Shown piece after piece: positions 49,229-58,750 of a DNA stretch of 64,000 nt. A program made the position numbers and the translations under genes. Positions within the stretch are counted from its first letter, which is position 1. Every line of letters begins with the position of its first letter. The DNA is from Candidatus Iainarchaeum sp. (GTDB lineage Archaea; Iainarchaeota; Iainarchaeia; Iainarchaeales; GCA-2688035), in NCBI GenBank assembly GCA_017610205.1, contig JAFCCL010000006.1, positions 58,553-122,552 of the forward strand. Direction: 5' to 3'. Under the pieces are notes generated by a model that was not told where the DNA came from, searched no databases, and saw only the letters and a program-made list of their open reading frames with translations.

Positions 49229-50080
49229 ATGATTGGCTTTTTTGAGATTGCAAGCGGGTTTGGAACCACTATTTTGCCGGTTGTTACAACAATTGCAATG
49301 ATTGCAGTTGTCTATGTTATATTCGGCTTTTTGCTCGGCATTGTGAAAAAAAATCTGCTCAAACTTGCCAAAACAAAAAAACAGGTTTCAAACGTTGAAA
49401 TTTTTTCAACAACAATAAAATACGTTTTTGTTGTTTTGCTTGTTTTAATTGCAGTCTTTTCATTCAGCGGAGACTGGACCGGACTGGGTTTGACACTTGG
49501 ACTGTTTTCAGCAGCAATTGGTTTTGCATTACAAAAGCCTATAACAGGAATCGCGGCATGGATTATGATTGTTACAAGAAGGCCGTTTGAAATAGGTGAC
49601 AGGATAATAATTGGAAGTGTAAAAGGAGATGTAAGAGACATTTCCTTGACACACATTACTCTAAAAGAAATCGGAGGAATTATTCAAACAGAAGAAAATT
49701 CCGGAAGAAGCATTATGGTTCCAAACAACCTGCTGTTTGAACAAAACATAGTGAATTACACACAACAGGACGAGTTTGTTCTATCACAAGTATTTTTTAC
49801 AGTAACATACAAAAGCGATTTGAACAAAGCAATGAAAATAGGAGTTCAAGCTGCAAAAAAGAGCATAAAACAATTTGCTGAAAGCGTAAAGAAAGAACCC
49901 TATGCAAGAACAAGCTTTCAGCCAAGCGGCATCAACATTTCAGTAAGATTTTTTGTTCCGGCAAAAAGAATGACTGAAATTTCAACAGAAGTGACAAACA
50001 CAGTGTTTGAAAAAATTGCAAAAGAAAAAAGCGTTTCCTTTGCCTACCCTCACACAGAAGTCATTTTGAACAAGAAATAA
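49229..50080 (+). CDS. mscS: Small-conductance mechanosensitive channel MscS
   Basis: AIGFALQKPI...RPFEIGDRI..GDV...VPNN...FAYPH. Confidence 0.9.
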   Translation: MIGFFEIASGFGTTILPVVTTIAMIAVVYVIFGFLLGIVKKNLLKLAKTKKQVSNVEIFSTTIKYVFVVLLVLIAVFSFSGDWTGLGLTLGLFSAAIGFALQKPITGIAAWIMIVTRRPFEIGDRIIIGSVKGDVRDISLTHITLKEIGGIIQTEENSGRSIMVPNNLLFEQNIVNYTQQDEFVLSQVFFTVTYKSDLNKAMKIGVQAAKKSIKQFAESVKKEPYARTSFQPSGINISVRFFVPAKRMTEISTEVTNTVFEKIAKEKSVSFAYPHTEVILNKK

Positions 50081-50150
50081 AAAAAAAAAGAACAGGCACT
50101 TAAAGTACCTGTCAAACTTACCTTATTTCAAATTAAATAATTGCTGTTGC

Positions 50151-51011
50151 TTACTGTATTTCGAATTGAACGCTTACTGTTGCACTGAACTCTATGTCAC
50201 CCGGCGTTATTGGTGTTGGCGCGGATTGACCTCCAGCATCCTCCATTGCATAGTTTCTTGCATAGGAAGGAGTAGAATAGCTTGAGCTTTCACTCGCACT
50301 ATAAACCTGCCCGACACCAATACCCAATCCAGACGCAATGCTTTGCGCTTTTATTCGCGCATTTTCAGAAGCATCCTTTAAAGCTATTGTCTTGAGCTCT
50401 GATTGTGTTTCCTTTGTAAGAGCAAAGCTTACGCCGCTTATGCTATTTGCACCGGCAGTCACAGCAACATCAATAACATTGCCTACATTTTCCAAATCAC
50501 GCACTGTTGCTCTGATTGTGTTTGTAGTTTTGTAGCCAACCGAAACCGACTTGCGCATGCTTTCATTCCACTCAAATTCCTCGCGCACATTGTAAGAGCT
50601 TGTCTCCAAGTCATCTTCGGCAATTCCTGCATTTTTCAAAGCAACCATTACCTGATTTGCCTGAACAGCGTTGTCGTTCTGGCTTTTGCTTGCGCTCTTG
50701 TCAAGGGTTTCAATGCTTAGAGTAATGTAAGCCAGTTCTGGACTTGCTGTCTTTGTTACTGTTCCTGAAACAGAAATCAGCCTTAGGCTTTCATCTGAAT
50801 CGGCTTCTGCAAAGCTTACAACACCTTCACCAAGATTTGACAACGAGCTCTCACTTTGTATACTGATTGTCTTTTCAAGGTAGTCTGGAATTTGAACGAC
50901 TATTGGTTCCTGACCTGCAGACTGGTTTGGTATAAGGAAGCCAAATCCTGCAACAATAATCAATGCAGCTGCAATAATCGAAACCGGCAAAATAATGTTT
51001 TTTTCAGCCAT
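50151..51011 (-). CDS. SIMPL (DUF541) domain protein
   Basis: ISVSG...PELAYITLSIET...GANSISGVSF...ARIKAQSIA...PITPGDIEFSATVSVQF. Confidence 0.9.
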   Translation of the reverse strand: MAEKNIILPVSIIAAALIIVAGFGFLIPNQSAGQEPIVVQIPDYLEKTISIQSESSLSNLGEGVVSFAEADSDESLRLISVSGTVTKTASPELAYITLSIETLDKSASKSQNDNAVQANQVMVALKNAGIAEDDLETSSYNVREEFEWNESMRKSVSVGYKTTNTIRATVRDLENVGNVIDVAVTAGANSISGVSFALTKETQSELKTIALKDASENARIKAQSIASGLGIGVGQVYSASESSSYSTPSYARNYAMEDAGGQSAPTPITPGDIEFSATVSVQFEIQ

Positions 51012-51187
51012 TTTGTTTTTACCTCCTTGCAAACTAAGAACGGGTTTTTTATTAAAAAGTCTTTGCTTTTGTTAGGAAAAAACCTTTCAGGGAATTTTTG
51101 AAAAAGATTCAATGAAAGCCCTTTTAATCGTTTATTGGTATTTTTTTGTAGGCAAGAACAAGACAAACCATCCAAAGGCAATAGATT

Positions 51188-51544
51188 ATGAACCTAAAAC
51201 TTTCAATCATGAATTTTCTTAAAATAACTTGGAAGAAAGCAGCCGCAATTGTCTTGTTTCCTCTTGCAGCATTTTTGATACTGCTTTTTGCCTTTGTGTT
51301 TGATGAAATCCTTGGTTTGGGAGGAAACGTAATCGTTAACACAATGTACTTGTTTGCGAATTATTTTTATCTTTTTATTTTCCTGCCGCTCACTTTTGTT
51401 GACATTGATTTTTCTTCCTCGCTTGTTTTAGGAATAGCCCTTGTACTAACAGTTGTCTGGGGGTATCTTTTGTCATGCACCCTAATTTTTGTCATGAAAA
51501 AAATCCTGAAACATAAAAAAATTGGAAAAAAACCAATAATTTAA
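51188..51544 (+). CDS. Hypothetical membrane protein
   Basis: Three TMs, 118 aa. Confidence 0.6.
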   Translation: MNLKLSIMNFLKITWKKAAAIVLFPLAAFLILLFAFVFDEILGLGGNVIVNTMYLFANYFYLFIFLPLTFVDIDFSSSLVLGIALVLTVVWGYLLSCTLIFVMKKILKHKKIGKKPII

Positions 51545-51694
51545 GGCAATAACACCATATGGCACATTAGGCGATGATGAAGTAATAATCTATATTCACT
51601 ATAGGTAATAATAGGTGTTTGTATATTTTTATCTCAAAAAAAAACAGTATTAATACATCTTTTAGGCATTCACTTGTATTAGTACTGTGCTGTC

Positions 51695-52072
51695 CTATGC
51701 TTCGATTATTCCACCAAATCCAACTTTCCTTATACCGATTTTAAGAATTCCATCTGCCGTTCCGCTTACCAGCTGTCCTGCTTTTGGTGTAACGCCAGTA
51801 CTTGTTATTGATACTTTTATGTTTGTGTTGATTTTGCCGTCCTTGGCTTTTTGAATTTTCCCACTTAGCGCGTTCAACTCGAACTCGTTCTCAAACCTCG
51901 CCCTATTTAGGCCGCCGTTCGGTTCATGCAAAATCAACTCAAATTCCTTTATTTTTCCAGACCCACTTACCAGCAAGCCATATTCCATTTCGTTTTCTCT
52001 TACAAACTTTTCAAGTTCTCCAATTACCTCATAACCATCATTCAACCTTAGAATAAACGTTTTTTCAACCAA
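51695..52072 (-). CDS. PPC/DUF296 domain protein
   Basis: FILRLNDGYEVIGELEKF...SGSG...FELNALSG...AGQL; GAGGTGG RBS. Confidence 0.75.
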   Translation of the reverse strand: MVEKTFILRLNDGYEVIGELEKFVRENEMEYGLLVSGSGKIKEFELILHEPNGGLNRARFENEFELNALSGKIQKAKDGKINTNIKVSITSTGVTPKAGQLVSGTADGILKIGIRKVGFGGIIEA

Positions 52073-52266
52073 AAAACCACCTCAATAAAAGGAAAGTTAA
52101 CTGCATCCAGCTTCCCGCCTCCAAAAAAAATATTTGCTAATAGTGTTATCCTGAAAATGTTGTTCTTTTTTCTTACCTTAAATGTTAGCCTTTTTGAATT
52201 CTTTTAAGGCGTTTTCTATTCTACTTATTTTACTGCTATTTTTTGCAGGAGTGTGTTTTTCTAAAA

Positions 52267-52833
52267 ATGCGTTACAGAATTGTTAACCTGGTTGCCTATT
52301 CAAATTTGCAGCAGACACTGGACTTGTATAATTTAGCATTAGCCATTCCAAATATCGAATATGAACCAGAGCAGTTTCCAGGAGCTGTTTTGAAAATTAA
52401 AGAGCCAAAGGTCAGCATGCTGTTATTCAAAAATGGAAAAATCATTGTCAGCGGCGCAAGCAGTGAAAAGCAAATTACTACAGGAATCAGAAAAGCGTTA
52501 AAGCTGCTTCATGAAGTTCAGCCAGAAATAAAGGTTAGAAGGAAAATCGAGTACAAGGTGGTCAATATGGTTGCTTCAGCCAGTTTGAACAAAAAACTTG
52601 ATTTGTTTGAATTGGCTCTTGGCTTAGACAATGTCGAGTATGAACCGGAACAATTTCCAGGAGCAGTAATGAAGATAACAGAACCAAAGGCAAGCATTCT
52701 TCTTTTCTTGAACGGTCAACTCATTTGCGCTGGAGTTAAGAACGAAAAAGACTTAAAAAAAGCGCTAAACAAAACAAGAAAATTTGTGAAACAAGCGTTG
52801 AAGAAAACAGGTGGTCAAGCTGCCAAAATGTGA
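52267..52833 (+). CDS. tbp: TATA-box-binding protein
   Basis: Two repeats of NxVA...EYEPEQFPGAV...LLF.NG....GA/GV. Confidence 0.93.
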   Translation: MRYRIVNLVAYSNLQQTLDLYNLALAIPNIEYEPEQFPGAVLKIKEPKVSMLLFKNGKIIVSGASSEKQITTGIRKALKLLHEVQPEIKVRRKIEYKVVNMVASASLNKKLDLFELALGLDNVEYEPEQFPGAVMKITEPKASILLFLNGQLICAGVKNEKDLKKALNKTRKFVKQALKKTGGQAAKM

Positions 52834-52845
52834 AAGGTATGGAGC

Positions 52846-53013
52846 GTGGATTTCCTCGAGCGTTACGCTATGCGTAAAATGCAGGAAGAGTTTGAAGAAA
52901 ACAGGGCTAAAAAGGATAGGATAAAGAAGGCATTATCCTTAGACTTATCAAAAACCAGAAAAAAATATGAGCCCAGAAAACCAATTGATGCAATTAAAGG
53001 CATAGTAAATTAA
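52846..53013 (+). CDS. 55-aa basic hypothetical protein downstream of tbp (not in the ORF track)
   Basis: GTG start: MDFLERYAMRKMQEEFEENRAKKDRIKKALSLDLSKTRKKYEPRKPIDAIKGIVN; 12 nt after the tbp stop. Confidence 0.5.
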   Translation: MDFLERYAMRKMQEEFEENRAKKDRIKKALSLDLSKTRKKYEPRKPIDAIKGIVN

Positions 53014-53035
53014 ACATTAACACTTATATTTTCAA

Positions 53036-53062
53036 TAGGCAATGATGAGGTTAACTTCTGCT
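53036..53062 (+). repeat. Direct-repeat copy of the 5' end of C/D sRNA-2 (att-like)
   Basis: taggcaatgatgaggttaac is a 20-nt exact match to 54305-54324; 25/27 overall. Confidence 0.85.
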
Positions 53063-53187
53063 TTAACTGCAGGTTTTGATAAAAGACAATTGCAAATTTT
53101 CACTTATGAAACCGGTTTCAAACAAAGCATATATAGTGTTTCAAACAGTAAGGTTAACATTAACAAAATATCTGGAGATGATATTAA

Positions 53188-53724
53188 ATGAAAACAAGAT
53201 ATATTCTAGCCATTGTATGCGTCATGGCCATACTAATAGGCACGGCAAGTGGATCTGCACTATCAGGAACACTCTTTGATAAAAGCATTAAAGGCGACTT
53301 TGATTTGAAAGGAAAAATTGACACTGCAAGATTTGAGGCAAAAGCAGAAGTCATGGGAATGACAGTAGAAGAATTCAAAACATTCCTGGTAGAAGAATTT
53401 GAAGCAAAAGCAGAAGAAATGGGAATGACAGTAGAAGAATTCAAGGAATACCTTGTAGAACAGAAAAAAGGAAAATTCAGAGTACTTGAGGCAAAAGCAG
53501 AAGAAATGGGAATAACAATGGAAGAACTAAGAAGACGTATTGCAGAAGAAGGAAAAGAAGGATGGATGGACAAAAGAAGAGTATTCGAGGCAAAAGCAGA
53601 GGCCATGGGAATGACAGTAGAAGAATTCAAAACATTCCTGGCAGAAGAATTTGAAGCAAAAGCAGAAGAAATGGGAATGACTCCGGCCGAATACAAAGAA
53701 TCTTTTGGAAAGCAGAAAAAATAA
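53188..53724 (+). CDS. Secreted protein with EAKAEEMGMTVEEFK repeats
   Basis: Signal peptide and five helical repeats visible at both DNA and protein level. Confidence 0.8.
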   Translation: MKTRYILAIVCVMAILIGTASGSALSGTLFDKSIKGDFDLKGKIDTARFEAKAEVMGMTVEEFKTFLVEEFEAKAEEMGMTVEEFKEYLVEQKKGKFRVLEAKAEEMGITMEELRRRIAEEGKEGWMDKRRVFEAKAEAMGMTVEEFKTFLAEEFEAKAEEMGMTPAEYKESFGKQKK

Positions 53725-53739
53725 AGACAGCGGTAAGCA

Positions 53740-54252
53740 ATGGAAAAAAACCCTTTTCATAAAACAGACAGTCATATAGATTTTGTCCAGCTAAAAAGAA
53801 AGAAGCAAGCAATCTATATGATTTTTCTATTTGTTTCCCTGTTTTCAATTTCGTTTATTTTCTTTTCAAACGCCATTACAGAAATTGATGTTACAGTAAA
53901 TGGCGAAACACCAGAGTATGTTGAAATACCGGCAATGTTTTCCACAATGCAAGTAATTTTTTTAATGATTCTCACTTTTGTCAGCACAGCGTGTTTTCTT
54001 TTGTTCTATATTGATTTCAACAAGGGCGATAAGAACAATAAGAAACAAAAAATTGCCAGCAGTGTTTTGGAAGGGGACAAGAAAAAATTGTATGAGATTA
54101 TACTGGAAAAAAATGAAATATTACAAAAGGACCTTGTTTACGAATCAGGTTTTTCAAAAGCAAAAGTAACCAGAATTTTAAGAAAACTGGATGACAAGAC
54201 ACTAATTGTTGTAAAGCCCTGGGGCAACACCAACAAAATAATAATAAAATAA
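53740..54252 (+). CDS. Two-TM membrane protein with C-terminal wHTH (membrane-bound regulator)
   Basis: LEGDKKKLYEII...ILQKDLVYESGFSKAKVTRILRKL...WGNTNKI. Confidence 0.8.
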   Translation: MEKNPFHKTDSHIDFVQLKRKKQAIYMIFLFVSLFSISFIFFSNAITEIDVTVNGETPEYVEIPAMFSTMQVIFLMILTFVSTACFLLFYIDFNKGDKNNKKQKIASSVLEGDKKKLYEIILEKNEILQKDLVYESGFSKAKVTRILRKLDDKTLIVVKPWGNTNKIIIK

Positions 54253-54304
54253 AAGAAGCCAGCAAAAGCAACGAGTATAAAAATATTATAACCTATAAGG
54301 ATTG

Positions 54305-54369
54305 TAGGCAATGATGAGGTTAACACCTGCTGACCGAAAGGAATGACGATTAACTCAACTCTGAGCCTA
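54305..54369 (+). ncRNA. C/D-box guide sRNA (sRNA-2)
   Basis: taggca ATGATGA(C) ggttaacacctg CTGA(D') cc-gaaa-gg a ATGACGA(C') ttaactcaact CTGA(D) gccta; terminal stem taggc/gccta. Confidence 0.88.
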
Positions 54370-54405
54370 ATTTAAATTTGTTTCGCTTTTTCTTTTATTG
54401 CAAGA

Positions 54406-54852
54406 ATGGTGTTTGAAAAAGGCAATTTGAAGGTTGCGATTGTTTATGTTGCACTGCAGGTAATCATTTGGATAAAGTGCGCTGCGTTCTATTTGCTGTA
54501 CGGAGCAGGGCGTGTTGCAAACTTTAACAGTTTTTTGTTTCCGGCAGACGCAATTGCGTTCAATTTCTTTTTTCACGAAGCAATGCATGTTGGCATTGGA
54601 ATTCTTGCACTGTTATTTGGAAAGAATTTGAAAAAGATTGAGTGGATTAAGCTTATTGCAGTTATCTTTGTCGCAGTTATTATTCACAACCTCGCTTACT
54701 GGTTTACATGGTCACATGCAAGCATTGCCTATAGCGTGTTTGATTTTGCAAGCGACAGCTTAATGCTGCTCGGAGTTGTGCTTGCAGGATATTTACTTAA
54801 TAAGATTTGGATGCTGTTAAAAAAACGAAAATGTTCAAAGGAAAAGATTTAA
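54406..54852 (+). CDS. Hypothetical four-TM protein
   Basis: Hydrophobic; HEAMH and HN motifs may bind metal. Confidence 0.6.
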   Translation: MVFEKGNLKVAIVYVALQVIIWIKCAAFYLLYGAGRVANFNSFLFPADAIAFNFFFHEAMHVGIGILALLFGKNLKKIEWIKLIAVIFVAVIIHNLAYWFTWSHASIAYSVFDFASDSLMLLGVVLAGYLLNKIWMLLKKRKCSKEKI

Positions 54853-54879
54853 ATTGTTTCAGAGCTTTAGTCTATTAAC

Positions 54880-55950
54880 GTGATTGAAGAAAAAGAACTA
54901 CTTGAAGAACTAAGGATTTCTCCTGTTAACCTTTCCTATTTGGAAACACTTTCAGATAGTGTTGGCATGCGACAGCACGCAATTCACGGAATTCCAATGC
55001 TTGAAAGCGGATACACTGTTGACGACAATGCCAGGGCATTGGTTGCATTACTTGATTTTGGCGACTTGTTCAAAAAGGAGAGGGCAAGAGGGGAGTGTGT
55101 CAGGTATCTTTCGTTTTTGAATTTTATGCAAAAGCCAAACGGCTGGTTTCACAACGTACTTTTGTTTAACAGACAGTTTGAGAATGAGAGAGGAAGTGCT
55201 GATTGTTTTGGAAGAGCTCTGTGGGCTTCCGGAAGGGCGGCAAACAGCTGGCTTGCAGAAAACCACAAAATAAATGCCAAAAAGATGTTTTACAAAGCTT
55301 TGCCGTGGGTGCAGGGACTTGAGGATTCAAGGCCTGTTGCTTTTTCCATTATTGGACTGGCAGAAATGCTAAAAGCTGATGGAAACAATCGTGTTTTGCT
55401 TGAAAAAATAGAATTTTTGGCTGAAAAAATGTTCTGCTTTTTTGCAGAAAACAGTTCCGAAAATTGGAAGTGGTTTGAGGATATTCTTACATACGACAAT
55501 GCCAGGCTGCCTAAGGCAATGTTTGCTGCGTTTCATGCAACCGGAAGAAAGGATTTTTTGGATGTTGCAGAGAAAAGCTTTTGGTTTTTGGCAAGGCAAA
55601 CAGTTAAGGGAGAAATGTTTGAGCCAGTTGGTCAAAACGGATGGTTTCCAAAAGGTGGACAAAAGGCGTTGTTTGACCAGCAGCCAATTGAAGCCGCTTC
55701 AATGGTTCAGGCTGCAACCGCTGGCTTTTTTGCAACAAACAACAAGGATTACAAAAAAATTGCTTTAACCTGCTTTAACTGGTTTTTTGGCGGAAACAAG
55801 CTTGGAGCTGCATTGTATGACAAAAAAACAGGTGCGTGTTTTGATGGGCTTACGCCTAAAAATGTCAATTTGAATCAGGGTGCTGAAAGCTTGGTTGAAT
55901 TTCTGCTTGCAAGATTTTGCATTGAAAGAATGAAAAGACAGAAGATTTAA
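54880..55950 (+). CDS. (alpha/alpha)6 glycosidase-like protein (stand-alone C-terminal domain of GT4 fusions)
   Basis: YTVDDNARAL, DCFGRALW, LTYDNARLP, FDQQPIEA, NQGAES. Confidence 0.8.
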   Translation: MIEEKELLEELRISPVNLSYLETLSDSVGMRQHAIHGIPMLESGYTVDDNARALVALLDFGDLFKKERARGECVRYLSFLNFMQKPNGWFHNVLLFNRQFENERGSADCFGRALWASGRAANSWLAENHKINAKKMFYKALPWVQGLEDSRPVAFSIIGLAEMLKADGNNRVLLEKIEFLAEKMFCFFAENSSENWKWFEDILTYDNARLPKAMFAAFHATGRKDFLDVAEKSFWFLARQTVKGEMFEPVGQNGWFPKGGQKALFDQQPIEAASMVQAATAGFFATNNKDYKKIALTCFNWFFGGNKLGAALYDKKTGACFDGLTPKNVNLNQGAESLVEFLLARFCIERMKRQKI

Positions 55951-56001
55951 AATTCGTGTTACAGGCTAAGATTTAAATTTGCAAAAGCCCTTCTTTTTTT
56001 C

Positions 56002-56697
56002 ATGCAATGTGTGCTTAATTTTTCAGAGAACAAAAAAGAAGTACAGGAATTTCTTAAGGGCTTTTCTTGTCTTGAAACAAAAAGCCAGTACGAACTACTT
56101 AGATGCAAGAGTGGAAAAAGCGTTGTAACCCTGTACAAGAGCGGAAAGGTTCTGATTCAAGGAGAAGATTATGAAAAGATAAAGGAAAGGATTTTGACAG
56201 GCATTGAAGTAAAGGACGAGGTTGTTTTGGGAATTGATGAAACTGGCAGGGGAGAAGACTTTGGGCCATTTGTTGTGGCAGGGGTTCTGGCAAAACCAGG
56301 CAGTTTGAGGGAGCTTAGGGACAGCAAAAAAGTGAAGGATATTGAGAGAAAGATGAAGCTTGTTAAAGAAAATGCTTTGGGAATTGCAGTGATTTCATTT
56401 TCTGCAGAAGAGCTTTCAACAATGCACGAGGCAGGCAAAAACTTGAACGAAATTGAGGCAAAGGCAATTGGAGAAATTTGCTCCTTTTTTAAGGAAAAAG
56501 CAGGCAATGTAAAGGTTGTTGTTGACGGAAGCCCAATTAAGGGTTGTCCCAAAGAGGTTGTGTTTTTGATTAAGGGAGATGACCTAAACCCTGTTGTAGG
56601 GGCTGCAAGCGTTATTGCAAAAAATGTTCGCGATACCTCGGAAGACAATAGAAAAAGAAGTGGGTGGGGAACTTGGTCAAAGAAAAAGAAAAACTAA
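56002..56697 (+). CDS. Ribonuclease HIII-like (TBP-like N-domain plus RNase H2 fold)
   Basis: VTLYKSGKVLIQG; GIDETGRG..FGP; DSKK; VVDG; KGD...VGAASVIAK. Confidence 0.8.
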   Translation: MQCVLNFSENKKEVQEFLKGFSCLETKSQYELLRCKSGKSVVTLYKSGKVLIQGEDYEKIKERILTGIEVKDEVVLGIDETGRGEDFGPFVVAGVLAKPGSLRELRDSKKVKDIERKMKLVKENALGIAVISFSAEELSTMHEAGKNLNEIEAKAIGEICSFFKEKAGNVKVVVDGSPIKGCPKEVVFLIKGDDLNPVVGAASVIAKNVRDTSEDNRKRSGWGTWSKKKKN

Positions 56698-57488
56698 TTG
56701 GAAAAGGAATTTTGGCAAGCACTTGTGCAATTGCATGGAGGATTAAGGCAACAATTGCCATTACCCTGATTTTGTTCGCGGCATATTTTTTCTTTTCACA
56801 GGGCAATCTTTTTATTGAAAAAAATATTCTTCTTTCAATGTCGTTCAGTGCAGGAACCCCCTTTAATATTATTTCATACATGCTGGCACACATGAGCATT
56901 TGGCATTTGATAGTAAATGTAGTAAGCCTTGTTCTTTTTGCGTCAATTGTTGAGCTTGCTTTATCTTCAAAGGATGTTGCAGGAATTTTTTTGTTTTCAG
57001 CAATTCTTACCGTTGCATTTTTTTCCTTTTTTAATCCAGGAATCGCACTTATCGGAGCAAGCGCAGGAGTCTGGGGAATTATGGCATCCGGTTTTGTGCT
57101 TAATGCCAAAAAAGCTGTTGCCGGACTTGCAATTATTATTACCTTGTTTCTTTTTTTGTTTCCTGTGGCGGAAATTGTTGTTCAACAGCAGGAAAATTCA
57201 ATGGTGCAAAACAATGCAGAACTTGAAACTTCTTTAGTGGAGGCTATTGAAACAGGCAACAAGGAACGTGAGGCAATAATTGCAATTGAAAAAAAGCAAG
57301 TGGAAACAGAGCTTAAGGAGTTTGGCGAAAGCAAGCAGCTTGCAGCAGGAGCAAAAATTGATCCTTTTCTACATTCCTATGCAGCCATTTTTGGAATATT
57401 TTATCTTTTGCTTTTTAGAAGAAAGGAAACTGAAAAATGCGTCAGAAATCAAAAACTATTCAGAGTTTTTCACAGGACAAAACACTAA
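56664..57488 (+). CDS. Rhomboid-family intramembrane serine protease with a coiled-coil insertion
   Basis: HMSIWHLIVN, IGASAG, and His in PFLHSYAAIFG; start codon uncertain. Confidence 0.75.
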   Translation: MGNLVKEKEKLIGKGILASTCAIAWRIKATIAITLILFAAYFFFSQGNLFIEKNILLSMSFSAGTPFNIISYMLAHMSIWHLIVNVVSLVLFASIVELALSSKDVAGIFLFSAILTVAFFSFFNPGIALIGASAGVWGIMASGFVLNAKKAVAGLAIIITLFLFLFPVAEIVVQQQENSMVQNNAELETSLVEAIETGNKEREAIIAIEKKQVETELKEFGESKQLAAGAKIDPFLHSYAAIFGIFYLLLFRRKETEKCVRNQKLFRVFHRTKH

Positions 57489-58099
57489 TTTGATGCCCTG
57501 AACACAAGGTCTCTGAGTTTTTTGTCACTTATTTCAGAAATGTTTGGCTTACTCTTTTTTTCAACAGGCTTTATTTTGTCAAGCCTTTGCTTTAAAGCTG
57601 CCATTTCAAGCCTTGTATTTTGTTTGAATTCAGAAAGGCTGTTGAGCTTTTGATTAAAATCTGCAGTATTGATTTTTTGAGAAATTGAACCGTTTTCATT
57701 GAGCTTTAGCAAAAGCTGTTCAAGCCTTGTAATTCGCTTGTTAAGATATTCCACTCGCTCTATTTGAGTTGCTTCTTCTAAAGGCATTGGTTTGACAACA
57801 GGCAAACTTCCTGCATATTTTGACCTCACAACAAGAGCTCTTTGCCCAGTTCCAGTAATTTCTCCTGTTTCCGAAAAATCATACTTTTGCTGAACTGCCT
57901 CCTGAACAGGCCGCATGGTTTCCTGAACAATTGGAAGCTCTTCCTGAACATATTGCCGGCTTTCCAAACCTGTTTCAACGCCATTAATTTCCTGCTGTTT
58001 TGCCATTGCTTTCAGCCTTTTTGGATCTGTAAGGCTTAAAAACGCATTTCCCATAAAAAGGGCAAGAATAAGCACACTTAAGAAAATTGTAGCAATCAT
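57485..58099 (-). CDS. Membrane-anchored coiled-coil hypothetical protein
   Basis: N-terminal TM and C-terminal heptads. Confidence 0.6.
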   Translation of the reverse strand: MIATIFLSVLILALFMGNAFLSLTDPKRLKAMAKQQEINGVETGLESRQYVQEELPIVQETMRPVQEAVQQKYDFSETGEITGTGQRALVVRSKYAGSLPVVKPMPLEEATQIERVEYLNKRITRLEQLLLKLNENGSISQKINTADFNQKLNSLSEFKQNTRLEMAALKQRLDKIKPVEKKSKPNISEISDKKLRDLVFRASN

Positions 58100-58247
58100 T
58101 TTTCCCCAACCAAAAGAAATTGTAATTGCTTGTTTTTTTAACCCTTTGCAGGCAACGCCTAATCAAAGGGCGTTGTTTAAAAACTCCTGGCAAATGATTA
58201 TTTCTGCACTTTTGTTTAAAAACTCTTTTAAGAGCTTATTTTTATGA

Positions 58248-58550
58248 ATGGCTGTCAAAGCAGAAGAAATACCTAACATTGAAACTTTGTTAAAAGAAGC
58301 CAAATGGCTTGAAGGTAAGACCCTTGCACAAGTTGCAGAAAATATAAAGGAAAGCGATGAGGATTCAAGGGTTAAAACAAAAGGTCATGTCGGTTATGTC
58401 ATAGAACAGGGTTTTTTGGCATACCAAAAAAACTGTGGTGCCAAACCAGATATAGAGCATTTGGGTGTGGAAATAAAGACCTGTCCCTTGAAATACAACA
58501 AGGCTAAAACTAGGCTTTCGGTGAAAAATATCACAAGCGAAGCAATGTAG
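58248..58550 (+). pseudogene. MutH/Sau3AI-family endonuclease, 5' fragment
   Basis: AKWLEGKTL...KGHVGYVIEQGFL...KPDIEHLGVEIKTCPL; ends at the junction with transposase DNA. Confidence 0.75.
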
Positions 58551-58750
58551 AAACAACCTTTCACATGATTAAACAAAAATTTGGCTCTGATTTAATGACA
58601 AAAAACCACCTTGCAAATGTAAATGAAATACTATGCAAGGTACTTTGCCATAACCTGTGCTGCCTGATATCAGCATACTATGAATTAAATGTAGAAACGA
58701 GTTTTTGCACACAGGTGCCAGAAAAGGTCAAGGAGGTGTTAGTGTACTGA
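58529..58750 (+). pseudogene. DDE transposase, C-terminal fragment
   Basis: YHKRSNVETTFHMIKQKFG...NEILCKVLCHN (Y-x2-R-x3-E-x6-K motif). Confidence 0.85.
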
